This document shows, piece by piece, positions 54,272 through 64,000 of a DNA stretch of 64,000 nucleotides (within the stretch, counting starts at the first letter, position 1; the number at the start of each line of letters is the position of its first letter). Below the pieces are notes generated by a model that saw nothing but the letters and a program-made list of their open reading frames with translations, was not told the origin of the DNA and searched no databases. The stretch spans positions 736,001 to 800,000 of the forward strand of contig CAVSCK010000004.1 in assembly GCA_963726455.1 (NCBI GenBank), written 5' to 3'. A program made the translations under genes and the position numbers. This DNA is from an uncultured bacterium. GTDB taxonomy: Bacteria; Zixibacteria; MSB-5A5; CAIYYT01.

Positions 54272-55043
54272 CCAACATCTCCATTATTTGTTTCGCATTA
54301 GACACGGCCTGGCCGCGATGGCAGTTGTTGAAGAACAGATAAATAGTATCCGTCTCCTTCTGCATCCGTTTGATTTTCTCTACCCACTCGGCCAGTTCTT
54401 CCCTACTATATGAATAGTTATACCTATCAGACCCTTTGCCGCTGTACCAATCTTTTGCATTGCGGCCATGAAATCGCACATACCCGATCGAAGTCGTCGC
54501 AACCGCCAGCGGCTCCATCATCTTCTCCAATTGAGGTTCATCGACAGAAACGAAGCCAATCTCTAGCAATTTCAACAACTCGAAGATCTCCTGGCGAACC
54601 CAACTGGCATGCCGAAATTCGACGAAAAGTGGCAGCGTACCCAACATCTCGCGGCATCTTTTGAGATGGTCAATGTGCGCCGGGACGCGAGGAAACGACC
54701 ACGGGAACTGCGCCAGAATACCCTTGAACTTGCCCGATTCGATCATCGGGCGGACGGCTTCAAGGTACTTGGGTGTTTCCTGCTCCAACTGGTCACGCTT
54801 ATGCGTAAGTGATTGGTGCGCTTTGACCATGAAGTCGAACCCGGGCGGCGTCTTGCGCACCATGGCCTCGAAAACCCGCGCATTCGGGATGCCGTAATAG
54901 GTTGAGTTTATTTCCACGGTATCAAAATGTCCGACATAGAAATCCAGCATCTTGGTCTTTTCAATCTTCTCCGGGTAGAACACGCCACGCCAATCCTCAA
55001 AGGAGTATCCCGATGTGCCGACTCGAACTAACCCATTGCTCAT
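54255..55043 (-). CDS. DUF72 domain protein
   Basis: VGTSGYS, TVEINSTYY, VEFRH, YVRFHGRN, FNN. Confidence 0.92.
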   Translation of the reverse strand: MSNGLVRVGTSGYSFEDWRGVFYPEKIEKTKMLDFYVGHFDTVEINSTYYGIPNARVFEAMVRKTPPGFDFMVKAHQSLTHKRDQLEQETPKYLEAVRPMIESGKFKGILAQFPWSFPRVPAHIDHLKRCREMLGTLPLFVEFRHASWVRQEIFELLKLLEIGFVSVDEPQLEKMMEPLAVATTSIGYVRFHGRNAKDWYSGKGSDRYNYSYSREELAEWVEKIKRMQKETDTIYLFFNNCHRGQAVSNAKQIMEMLDVQRN

Positions 55044-55211
55044 AAATGAATTAAAACATTTTTCGCCACAGGGCAAATAATTTTTAACCGCTCTTCTCTC
55101 GTTTTCTAATCTGCTGAAAACGAACTTTACCGCACCTGGGACAAATCCACTTGCGCTGCTTGTGAAACGTACGCTTCTGTTCCTCCATTTGTATCTGACA
55201 TTTCTTGCACA

Positions 55212-55838
55212 TCATATTATGTGGAGCACATCGCCCAACAGAAACTCCATTCTACCAATCAAGAGCGTCATCCGGGATGTGACCGTGTACCCGAACGTCG
55301 CTCCGAAAAAGATCATCAGAAAATAGACGCCGATCTGGCTGATTGCGTTGAAGAACCGTGTGTCGGGCCGCGTGTAGAAAAAATAGACCATCACGGTAAC
55401 TACTCCGACCAGCGAGATGAGCAGGCCGACCAGGGCCAGAGCCGAAACAGTTCCTGCGGCAACATCACTGAACGGCGCAATACCGGCGGCGATTTGCTGC
55501 AGCACGCGGGCATCAAACATCGCCGGAATACTCACACCGGCGCCGGCACCTATTACCAGTGCAAGCACGGGTTTGCTCAAGTATGATAACGAACTCTTCA
55601 AGCGAAGCAACAGCAGCAAACTCAAGGCGAATGGAATGACGCTCAACAGACGTCCATCGACAAAGAGCGGATATAACAGTTTTGGAATGAGTACTGAGTT
55701 CCACAACAGCACCAACGAGAAGCCGACGGATAATCCGATCAGCAAGTGCTCGCAGGCGCGATAAAACGGATTATCGCGATAGAGAAATGAGAAAATGCCG
55801 AGAGTTACGATCGCGGCGGCCAATGTGGCTATCGCCAT
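55212..55838 (-). CDS. Uncharacterised multi-pass membrane protein (gene D of DUF6754-like operon)
   Basis: ATG at 55838; SFLYRDNPFYRACEHLLIG, YFFYT, FLMIFFGATFGYTV; about 6 TMs. Confidence 0.8.
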   Translation of the reverse strand: MAIATLAAAIVTLGIFSFLYRDNPFYRACEHLLIGLSVGFSLVLLWNSVLIPKLLYPLFVDGRLLSVIPFALSLLLLLRLKSSLSYLSKPVLALVIGAGAGVSIPAMFDARVLQQIAAGIAPFSDVAAGTVSALALVGLLISLVGVVTVMVYFFYTRPDTRFFNAISQIGVYFLMIFFGATFGYTVTSRMTLLIGRMEFLLGDVLHII

Positions 55839-56653
55839 TTGCGCCTCCGCCCCATGTAGTCGATGACGTTGCCGACGATGATAACAGCCACGATTACGAA
55901 CTGCGACACCGACTGCGCAAACAGGCCTCTTCCCCCACCACCAGACTCGTTCAGCAGTTGTTCGTACTCGGCCGCGCCTTTCAGCCCGGCAACCAGTCCC
56001 GCAATTTGGCCGGATGAGATATAGGGATAAAATGACGTCGCCATAGTCGCGGTCAGCACCGTCTGCAAACGTGCATGATAACGGGTGACCGCATAATCGA
56101 CCCAATAGGTCGGCATGCTTGCATCCGTAATGGAAATCACCATGGCGATCTGATCGTAATTACTGACACCAGACAGAATCGGCAGGAACGATGTCGGATT
56201 GCCAAGATAATCTGTCGGAAACTCCTTCGGCAGCGATTCCCCTATCGCCAGCATCGCCGCTGTATATTGCGGACGAAAGCCGAGGTAGACATAATCCACG
56301 CCGTACTTCTTGCTCTTCTCTGCCGCGACCTGAGACAGTGTGTGCTCGCCCAGTGCGGTACCTTCGGCAAACAGTGATAGTCCGATCACTCGCAGATTCT
56401 TCTGAAAACAATGTCTGATAACTGCAACCGCCAACGGCTTGATTTCGGCAAAGGCGGAGGCCTCGAAGTCGAACGACATTAGTACCGCGCTTCCAGGCGC
56501 TAATGTGTCAATGTTGGCATAGAACTGCCTGGTCTCGGGCGAAGCCGAATGAGTCAACTTGATGTTGAACAACAACGGTACGGCAACTGCCAACAGTATC
56601 ACGAGAAACACAACGTGTCGAGCGGATATGGATTGCATGAATTTCGCCGTCAT
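55829..56653 (-). CDS. Uncharacterised TM-alpha/beta-TM protein (gene C of DUF6754-like operon)
   Basis: ATG at 56653 overlaps the upstream stop; SFDFE, YGVDYVYLG, YPYISSGQIAGLVAGLKGAAEYE. Confidence 0.8.
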   Translation of the reverse strand: MTAKFMQSISARHVVFLVILLAVAVPLLFNIKLTHSASPETRQFYANIDTLAPGSAVLMSFDFEASAFAEIKPLAVAVIRHCFQKNLRVIGLSLFAEGTALGEHTLSQVAAEKSKKYGVDYVYLGFRPQYTAAMLAIGESLPKEFPTDYLGNPTSFLPILSGVSNYDQIAMVISITDASMPTYWVDYAVTRYHARLQTVLTATMATSFYPYISSGQIAGLVAGLKGAAEYEQLLNESGGGGRGLFAQSVSQFVIVAVIIVGNVIDYMGRRRKWR

Positions 56654-57261
56654 CGATAGCTCCGTTCGATCCCGAGAATGACCCTCAACGCCGTTGCGAC
56701 AGAGCCGATTCCAACGCCAATGAGAATACCGCGTTTGGCTGCCGTGGACGGATTGTTCAGCACCCAGCCGGCGATGTCGGGCAGTTGTTGCGAAATCATT
56801 TCGCTGAAACCACTTTTGCCGACCAGCACAATTACCGCTGCGAGCGCCAGCACAAACGCGGGACGCGAGCGAACCCGGAACCCGCGGTAAGCCGCCGAGG
56901 CGACAAAGAACGCCAGCAACGAGAATGTCGTTGCCTGCATCGGCGCCTGGAGATTGTTGAACGCCCACTGATAAGGCGAACTCGCACCTGCGCCTGCTAC
57001 GATGGCAGCAATGATCATGAATAAAATGGCGCCGACGGCGATCAAGCTGTAGCCGCGCTGTTGGGGCGAACGCTGAATCTTGATTGTGTGCTGCTTGAGC
57101 AGACCGATACCGCCGACAATCATCGTTACTGCAAAGACGATCTGGTAGTAGTCCAGAAGCGTTGAGTAGACAGCAGTCGTGGCCGGTGTCCTGAGGAAAT
57201 ACTGCGCCATCATAAAGAGGCCGGTAATCAGCGTCACGATCAATGCCAGCCGGTTGATCAC
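56650..57261 (-). CDS. Uncharacterised multi-pass membrane protein (gene B of DUF6754-like operon)
   Basis: PMQATTFSLLAFFVASAAYRGFR, W...P..AAKRGILIG; about 6 TMs. Confidence 0.8.
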   Translation of the reverse strand: MINRLALIVTLITGLFMMAQYFLRTPATTAVYSTLLDYYQIVFAVTMIVGGIGLLKQHTIKIQRSPQQRGYSLIAVGAILFMIIAAIVAGAGASSPYQWAFNNLQAPMQATTFSLLAFFVASAAYRGFRVRSRPAFVLALAAVIVLVGKSGFSEMISQQLPDIAGWVLNNPSTAAKRGILIGVGIGSVATALRVILGIERSYR

Positions 57262-58053
57262 AATATCCTCCGATAAACATTGACACCGAAGATCGCCAGC
57301 ACTGGAAGCAGGAGAAGCAGCGCAACAATCAGCAAGCGCACCAGGTCTTGCGCGTACATTGATGATTTGACACGATAGTCATCCGTCAAATATGCCGACG
57401 CTGTGTACAGTTCCTCGCCGATCAATGTGTAATCACACGCCACGATAAAAAATGAAAGCTGTATTGTTGAATCGGTGCCCGCTATTTGTAGCGCTCCGTT
57501 GAAATTGCCTGTCTCAGCAAGGATCAGCGCCTCGCCTTCGAAGGTGCCCAGAAGGAACATCGCACCCGGTTTAAGGCGTGACACGATGCCGTCAACACCT
57601 GCGGCATAGCCGAACTGCGAAGGCGAAACAAAGGTGATATCTTCTTCGTGAAACTGGTCTGGACGACCGGCTTCGTTACACGCCGTTCTGATTATTTCCT
57701 TGGCCGTTTCGGCTATGACGGGATCGTGGGTCGGAAAGATGAATGCGACAACCGTATGCTGCCGCCTTGGTGGCGACAAAACGCAACAGGTTCAGTGCGG
57801 CGAGAGTCGTCGGACGCTGAATGTCGCCTCCCCAACCGGTCGTAAAAACGATGGGCTTGCCCTGTTCGGTAGCACGACCGATGGCTTCTTCAATCGCTTT
57901 GATACCCGGTATAGTGCGCAACGGCAGGCGCGGCTGGCGCAGGCGATAACTGAAATAGGTAACGACACCGCCGGTCAGCAGCACCCAAATCAGGAGCATC
58001 AACGACGCCCGATCAAACGCACCCGCTACGAGAACGAATGAAACCATGTTCAC
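57258..58053 (-). CDS. DUF6754-like protein (gene A; apparent +1 frameshift about 57745)
   Basis: IPGIKAIEEAIGRATEQGKP; SQFGYAAGVDG; GALQIAGT; FFIVACDYTLIGEELYTASAYL. Family recognised from memory. Confidence 0.75.
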
Positions 58054-58175
58054 ACCAATTCAGCCAAAAGCGTTACAGTATGGCGCCTGCAGATTTTGAG
58101 ATCAACAAAAATATCTGGGCGACTGCCGCCCCGGTTTTAGTTGACAAAAATGCGCCGTGGCTGTTTGATACTCGC

Positions 58176-59441
58176 ATGCGACACCTCAAAAACACACTGC
58201 ACTTATTGGGTATTGCGCTATTTTTGGCAGGCCTTCCATTTCTGATTTTGTCCTGCGGAAAATCATCTTCCGGAAACAATGCCATAGCCTTCTGGCAGTT
58301 CTGGACAAGCCCCGACGTGAAGCCAACAGTACGGCAATTGGCCGATGATTTTGAGAAGACTCACAACGGAATTAAGGTGGAGCTCGGCGACCTGACCTGG
58401 TCGGATGGGCACGAGAAGATTGCAATTGCACTCGCGGCCGGCAGCGGCCCCGACGTTATCGAACTCGGCTCCGACTGGATTGCCGAATTCGCAGCAAGCG
58501 GGAAACTACTCGATCTCACAGACGCCACCTCCGGTTTGAAGGATAGTCTGGTGATGTGGGACCCTGCGATTTACCAGGGCAAACGCTATGCTGTTCCCTG
58601 GATGCTAGGCACGCGGGTTCTGTTCTGCAACAGGACTTTGTTAAGAGAAGCGGGCTACGAGGATTCGTTCGTGCCTAAAACCTGGGTCGAACTGGCTGAG
58701 GCGGCGGCAAAGATCAACAGACTTGGCAGCGGCCGCTTTGGCTTCGGATCGAATTCGGCGGAACGACATCGACTCTACAAGAAATATCTTCCCTTCTTCT
58801 GGTCTGCCGGCGGCGAAGTATTCAACGGCGACATGACAGCGACCCAATTTAGTTCTGACGCCGGCCGCAAGAGCATGGAATATTACCTGCGCCTGGCGGC
58901 AAATGGTTTGACGGAAACACAATCTCGCATCGAGGATTACTTCGCTGCAGGCAAAATCGGATTCGTGATCTCAGGTGAATGGCTGGTAAAGCGGTTGGAG
59001 CGTTCTGAAAGATCATTCGACTATTTCGTCACAACCATGCCTTCCCCCGGCGGCAGGAAGCCGGGCGTGTCATTTGCGGGTGGTGAATATCTAGTGATCA
59101 AGGCGTCGTCGAAGGCCGCGCCAATGGCGTTCGAGATGATTCGGTCTTTCGTGCAACCACAGAACGACACCATGTTCGCAACGGCGACCGGAAGCTTCAC
59201 GCCGGTGAACAAATATTCCACGATGGCATTCCCGAGTACGCTGACGCCGATCGCTTCGGTATTTCAGGAGCAACTGCGCAACTCACGCTCCACACCGGTA
59301 CATCCGGCCTGGGTTTCGCTTGAAGAAGCACTGGAACGCGGCATTGAACAGGCGCTGTACAAGAAACAATCCCCGGAATCGGCGCTGCAAATGATCGACA
59401 GCGATTGCGCTGCCATACTCAAGAAATATGCCGGCCAATAG
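58176..59441 (+). CDS. Carbohydrate ABC transporter substrate-binding lipoprotein
   Basis: LILSC lipobox, GPDVIE, YAVPW, CUT1-type binding-protein pattern. Confidence 0.9.
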   Translation: MRHLKNTLHLLGIALFLAGLPFLILSCGKSSSGNNAIAFWQFWTSPDVKPTVRQLADDFEKTHNGIKVELGDLTWSDGHEKIAIALAAGSGPDVIELGSDWIAEFAASGKLLDLTDATSGLKDSLVMWDPAIYQGKRYAVPWMLGTRVLFCNRTLLREAGYEDSFVPKTWVELAEAAAKINRLGSGRFGFGSNSAERHRLYKKYLPFFWSAGGEVFNGDMTATQFSSDAGRKSMEYYLRLAANGLTETQSRIEDYFAAGKIGFVISGEWLVKRLERSERSFDYFVTTMPSPGGRKPGVSFAGGEYLVIKASSKAAPMAFEMIRSFVQPQNDTMFATATGSFTPVNKYSTMAFPSTLTPIASVFQEQLRNSRSTPVHPAWVSLEEALERGIEQALYKKQSPESALQMIDSDCAAILKKYAGQ

Positions 59442-60310
59442 CACGCAGCGTCTGCGTATCTCGGATTACTTCTTTCTGTCGCCTTGGCTGTTGACGCTGC
59501 TGATATTCTGGCTCTTTCCGATTCTGGCGTCATTGCTCCTGAGTTTCACCGACTATCGCCTTTTGTCAAGCGGGTATAACTTTCGTCGGTGTCGACAATT
59601 TCGTGGCGCTGCTTCGTGATCCGACTTTCGTCAGAGCCATCGTAAATACATTCCTATTCACAGTCGGTACACTGCCATTCACTACTTGCTTTGCCATTCT
59701 GCTGGCGGTCTTTCTGAATCGGAGTCTGCCGTTACGGACATTTTTCCAGTCGGTATACTTCTTCCCGTCGATGGTGTCGCTCGTCGTAGTCGCCCTGATC
59801 TTCACTTCTCTATATGCGCGCGGCGGCTACATACAACAGCTCTGCGGCCTGGTGGGAGTCTCCGCGCCCTCCGACGGCTTCTTGTTCTCGACTGCAACGG
59901 CGCTGCCGGCGATCATGGCGATGGATGTCTGGATGTCGACCGGCTATTACATGCTGCTATTTCTTGCGGCTCTGCAATCAATTCCCAATGAACTATATGA
60001 AGCTGCACGTCTCGACGGCGCAAGTGCCTGGCGGCAGTTTCAGGTGGTTACGCTGCCGCATCTGAAGCCGATGCTGTTGTTTGTGGTCGTCCTGAACAGC
60101 ATCAAATCGTTTCAGGTATTCGTCGAAGTGTTCGTCATGACCAAGGGCGGTCCGCTCAATTCGACCATGACGATGGTGTATTTCGTTTACGAGGAAGGCC
60201 TGCACAAATTCAACATCGGTTACGGCGCCGCGGCGGCGAATATACTATTCTTGATTATCGCAATTGTCTCCTTTTTGGAACTGAAACTCATCAAGGAAAA
60301 GACTGCGTAG
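59428..60310 (+). CDS. Carbohydrate ABC transporter permease (apparent +1 frameshift about 59583)
   Basis: FLSPW...SFTDY / VGVDNF; LQSIPNELYEAARLDGA EAA loop; MTKGGP. Confidence 0.88.
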
Positions 60311-60311
60311 A

Positions 60312-61130
60312 ATGAACCGCCCGCTAAAGTCATACGCCAACTTGGCCGTCGCGATTGTGATTGCACTGATCATGCTCCTGCCGTTCGCCTACCTTCTGCT
60401 CGGCGCGTTGGCCAAAACATTTTCGCTGACCGGAATGATCGATTCTGCAAATTACCGCCTGACTTTCGCCAACTTCAGCGCCCTGTTTGCGCGCGCCGAA
60501 CTGTATCTGCCCCTTGTCAACTCGATTATCGTTGCCGGCATTGTCACTATCGGCAATCTCTTCTTCTGCACTCTTTGCGGCTATGTGCTGGCGCGCCGTC
60601 GCTTCCGAGGCAAAGGGATACTGACGATGACCGTGATCCTCGTCTTGATGGTGCCGATACACGTCGTGATTATTCCAATGTATTTGATGACCAACTGGCT
60701 GGGCATTTTCGACACTTATTTGGCGCTGATCTTGCCGTTCCTCGTCAGCCCGTTGGGAATCTTTCTGATGCGACAGTACATTTCGGCGATACCTCCCGAT
60801 ATGGAGGACTCCGCGCGACTTGAAGGCGCCGGCGAATTGACCATCATCTGGCGCATCGTGATGCCGTTGTGCAAACCGGCGCTGGCGGTGCTTGCGGTAC
60901 AAACTTTCATGGTCAATTGGAATTCGTTCATCTACCCCTTTATCCTGACGTCGTCCGAATCCATGCGAACGTTGCCGGTTGCGCTGGCGCTGTTGCAGGG
61001 ATATCAAAACATCGACGTGCCTCAATTATTCGCGGCATCAGTAATCTCAGTGCTGCCAACAACGATTCTTTTCGTCGCCTACTCGAAACGAATTACTGAG
61101 GGGATTATCGCCGGCGCGCTCAAGGGTTAG
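60312..61130 (+). CDS. Carbohydrate ABC transporter permease
   Basis: IPPDMEDSARLEGA EAA loop, WNSFIYP, GALKG end. Confidence 0.92.
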   Translation: MNRPLKSYANLAVAIVIALIMLLPFAYLLLGALAKTFSLTGMIDSANYRLTFANFSALFARAELYLPLVNSIIVAGIVTIGNLFFCTLCGYVLARRRFRGKGILTMTVILVLMVPIHVVIIPMYLMTNWLGIFDTYLALILPFLVSPLGIFLMRQYISAIPPDMEDSARLEGAGELTIIWRIVMPLCKPALAVLAVQTFMVNWNSFIYPFILTSSESMRTLPVALALLQGYQNIDVPQLFAASVISVLPTTILFVAYSKRITEGIIAGALKG

Positions 61131-61139
61131 CGCGCATCA

Positions 61140-62996
61140 CTATTTGCCGCAGTTGGACTTTTCGACTTCGCTGTCGACGAAATCCATCACGCCTTCAACA
61201 ATGGCTTCTGCGGTCTTCTTCTGGAACGCCGGGTCTTTCAAGTCCATCTCCTGTTCTGGAATCATCATGAATGCACACTCCACCAGGATCGCCAGATAGC
61301 CGGTCGGGCGCACTACCGCAAAATTGCCGTTGTACAGGCCGATATCGGTCAGTCCCGTTGCCTTCACCAGTCGCGCTTGCACGCACTTGGCGAGATCGTG
61401 CGATTGCGGTTCGTAGTAGTAGGTCGAACTGCCGCTGTTATAAAATGGATTGATGCCGTCCGGCAGTGCATTGTTGTGAATCGAAATGTAAAAGTCGGGG
61501 CTATATCTGTAGGCCAGCTTCGGTCGATCATACAGTGCGATTCCAGTGTCGCCATTTCGGGTCATATAGACCGTCGCCTTGCGATCGCGCAATTGCTCTG
61601 CCACATCCAGCGCGATGGCCAGATTAGCATCTTTCTCGGCATAACCAGTTGGTCCGACCGCACCTGGATCAGGCGAGTGGCCGGGATCAATCACGAACTT
61701 GAGCCCCTTGAGCTTCTCCTCGAAATGCGGACGATTGCGCAATTTGAGATTGAAGCGTGTTCCTTCATAGTAGCAGTCGTATCCCCAGAGCGTTTGATTG
61801 AGGTCGATCGTTAGTCGCAACAACCCGACCTGCGGCTGACTCCATTCAATGCGATTGATCAGACTGTCATTCGTATCGTAGCGGATGAAATCGATTGAGG
61901 ATGTCGCATTGAATATATCAACACAGACTTCGTTTTCGACAGGGTCTTCCTCAACGCGGTAAGGCACTTTGGCGCCGAGATTGAAAGTGACTAACACACC
62001 ACGATCGACTTTGCGCGTCCGTATCAGCGATACATCGCCAGACGGCAATTGCGTTCCAACCGGAAGAATCTTCACGGAACTATCGGGCACCCAGCCGTCG
62101 ACGTCAGTCAGAAGCCGCGCCCGGTAGTGGTCATTATACTTGCCCGTGATCCGCAGCCGAATGCCTTTCGGTTGATAGACTGCCAGGTATCCTTTCCGCG
62201 GGCCCGTGCGAATAGTCTGCACGGAGTCGATCAATTCTCCGATGACCACCTTCGAAGCTGGCATTACCGCAACAGCCGCGTCATTACTTCGGTTCACGCA
62301 GCCGCAATCGGCTAATTGCTGTTTGAAAGTCTTGTCTTTGGTGCCGAGCTTCTTGAGCAGTTTGCGGCATAGATAGTAGTCGATCTTGTTGGAGTCGCTC
62401 ACATGCTTATCTGTAAGAACCTCGCAGCCGGTGTAGACTCCCCGCACCAACAGGGATTCGGGATACTCGCCGCTCCCCCACAACGCATCTGCCCAGTAAC
62501 TCTGTTGCGTCGGCGGTGTCTCGGTCATTCGATACAGGTCGGCGTCGCTGGAAAGCTTGAAATATCCAAACATGCCCGGCGTGCCTCGGAAAGAAGTGTT
62601 GAAGAGATCGCCTTCCATGAGCATGATGTCATTGGAGGGCGACATGTAACCTTTGACAATTGCAGGTCCCAGTCCCTCGGGAATCTCATATGGTTGAGGA
62701 ACATCAATCGGCACTTCTAGTGTCGCCGATTGACCTTTGAGCGAGGCTTCGAGACGAAATACGAATGAGCCCGACCTGACCGCCAGCCAGCCGAGAAAGG
62801 CGCCGTCAGGATAGACCTTGACATCAATACCGTTAATCCTCAGTTTCGATTCCGGGGTTACGTTTCCGAAAATGAACATTGAATCGACCGCCGCGATTCG
62901 CTGTTTGGCTTTGGGATATATTACCTCTATTCGCGGCTTCTCTTGTGCCACGGCGCTTGCCGCGCAGAATACCAGAACCAGCAACATCCTAAGCAA
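61140..62996 (-). CDS. N-acetylmuramoyl-L-alanine amidase (Amidase_3)
   Basis: IDPGH, EKDANL, SIHNNA, ILVECAF; signal peptide; TTG at 62996 after GGAGGAG. Confidence 0.92.
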   Translation of the reverse strand: MLRMLLVLVFCAASAVAQEKPRIEVIYPKAKQRIAAVDSMFIFGNVTPESKLRINGIDVKVYPDGAFLGWLAVRSGSFVFRLEASLKGQSATLEVPIDVPQPYEIPEGLGPAIVKGYMSPSNDIMLMEGDLFNTSFRGTPGMFGYFKLSSDADLYRMTETPPTQQSYWADALWGSGEYPESLLVRGVYTGCEVLTDKHVSDSNKIDYYLCRKLLKKLGTKDKTFKQQLADCGCVNRSNDAAVAVMPASKVVIGELIDSVQTIRTGPRKGYLAVYQPKGIRLRITGKYNDHYRARLLTDVDGWVPDSSVKILPVGTQLPSGDVSLIRTRKVDRGVLVTFNLGAKVPYRVEEDPVENEVCVDIFNATSSIDFIRYDTNDSLINRIEWSQPQVGLLRLTIDLNQTLWGYDCYYEGTRFNLKLRNRPHFEEKLKGLKFVIDPGHSPDPGAVGPTGYAEKDANLAIALDVAEQLRDRKATVYMTRNGDTGIALYDRPKLAYRYSPDFYISIHNNALPDGINPFYNSGSSTYYYEPQSHDLAKCVQARLVKATGLTDIGLYNGNFAVVRPTGYLAILVECAFMMIPEQEMDLKDPAFQKKTAEAIVEGVMDFVDSEVEKSNCGK

Positions 62997-63993
62997 GTGT
63001 GTTCTCCTCCGTCGTAATACCGATTCCCGGGCCTTCCGGCAGCAGTAGAGTTTCTCCCACGAATTGTGCGCCCCAGTAAGGATCATTTGCCGTCAGCAGG
63101 ATCGCGTCGAGATCGAAGTAATCAAAGAGTGATTCCAGGTGTAGCGCGGCCGTAATGCCGATTGCGGTTTCAATCATGCAGCCGAGCATGAGCTTTAGGT
63201 TATGCTTTCTCGCGCGCTCGGCGATCTCCATTGCCAGCGTGATGCCACCGCATCTCATAAGTTTGACATTCACGCCGTCAATAACCGCCGCAAATTTGTC
63301 GACGTCAGCGACCGTGACTACGGATTCATCCAGAAAGATGCTGCACGCAACTTTCGTCTTTATCTTGTCCAACTCCGCTATTTCGGGATTAGTCAACGGT
63401 TGCTCGATGAAATCAACCGGGTATCCTCGCAACTGTCGCAAGGCATCGATTGTCTGATCGACTGTCCAGCCACCGTTGGCATCGAGGCGCAGGCGACAGT
63501 CCTTGTGCTTCAATATGTAATCAACGAAATCCAGATCACGCGCAAAGCCAACTTTGATTTTGATCGCACTGAACGGCTCCGCGCGCTCCAACTGCTTCTG
63601 CACCTCTTCTTCGGTGCCGGGTGTAATCGTAAAAGAGCTGACAGCTTTGCGGGGCTTTGGGAGATTCAGATACTGCCAGAGTGGAATTCCTTTTTGCCTC
63701 GCGCGATTGTCGAGATAAGCCATTTCGAGCCCGCAGCGGGCGACATTCATTTCTCGCGGCAGTTGTTCAATAAATTCTCGAAGACTGTCTTCGTCGATAT
63801 TACCACCATACTCCCTGAGCCGTAGGTCGAGCACCTCTTTCATTTCGCTCGCGGATTTCCCGTAGTGAACTGATGGCGAGCCCTCGCCCAGGCCACTGCC
63901 GTACCTAACGATCAGGGTATCTTTCTCTTCTGCCTTTGCCTTGGAGATGTTAAAGGATTGCTTCAACCGCAGCCGGTAAAGTCTTAGCGTCAC
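62989..63993 (-). CDS. Dipeptide epimerase (L-Ala-D/L-Glu epimerase family, enolase superfamily); start may lie beyond the window
   Basis: KIKVG, DANGGW, EQP, DES, NVKLMRCGG, GCMIE, DLD. Confidence 0.9.
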   Translation of the reverse strand: MTLRLYRLRLKQSFNISKAKAEEKDTLIVRYGSGLGEGSPSVHYGKSASEMKEVLDLRLREYGGNIDEDSLREFIEQLPREMNVARCGLEMAYLDNRARQKGIPLWQYLNLPKPRKAVSSFTITPGTEEEVQKQLERAEPFSAIKIKVGFARDLDFVDYILKHKDCRLRLDANGGWTVDQTIDALRQLRGYPVDFIEQPLTNPEIAELDKIKTKVACSIFLDESVVTVADVDKFAAVIDGVNVKLMRCGGITLAMEIAERARKHNLKLMLGCMIETAIGITAALHLESLFDYFDLDAILLTANDPYWGAQFVGETLLLPEGPGIGITTEENTLA

Positions 63994-64000
63994 AGGATAA

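Noticed and set aside
55829-57328. 499-aa ORF as a single protein
   Set aside because: The N-terminal 225 aa are an off-frame overlap of gene B; the real start is the ATG at 56653. The 297-aa ORF is likewise trimmed to 55838.

Overview
Bacterial chromosomal window, most likely candidate phylum Zixibacteria (FCB group). This is inferred from secreted proteins with dockerin tails, an FlgD/T9SS-type C-terminal domain, and expanded cytoplasmic Ser/Thr kinase-TPR genes; the 16S gene can test it. Layout: (1) 1-12.4 kb housekeeping block (xerC-like fragment, topA, rpoZ, gmk, yicC, rqcH, yraN, rnhB, rplS, trmD, rimM, khpA, rpsP, ffh). (2) 12.7-31.2 kb accessory genes (amidase, tandem kinases, bfr, aqpZ, small stress and membrane proteins, a large cohesin-like/TSP3/PKD/FG-GAP/dockerin protein). 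(3) 31.3-39.4 kb co-oriented island behind a stand-alone 16S rRNA gene (PEP-CTERM, LVIVD-dockerin, Mrr-like nuclease, hicBA). (4) 16S rRNA with its own promoter, processing stem and terminator. (5) ECF sigma/anti-sigma unit, Fic, S8 peptidase, lipoproteins, tRNA-Phe and tRNA-Thr. (6) Cell-wall-related end: S11 peptidase, DUF72, a four-gene uncharacterised membrane operon (DUF6754-like), sugar ABC transporter, MurNAc-LAA amidase, dipeptide epimerase. The best candidates for undescribed biology are the translationally coupled DUF6754-like membrane operon, the hicBA module bracketed by a duplicated 16S 3' processing strand plus terminator, and a possible cohesin-dockerin surface assembly. Eleven apparent +1 frameshifts are probably sequencing or assembly errors. 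Family names are from motif recognition, not database searches.
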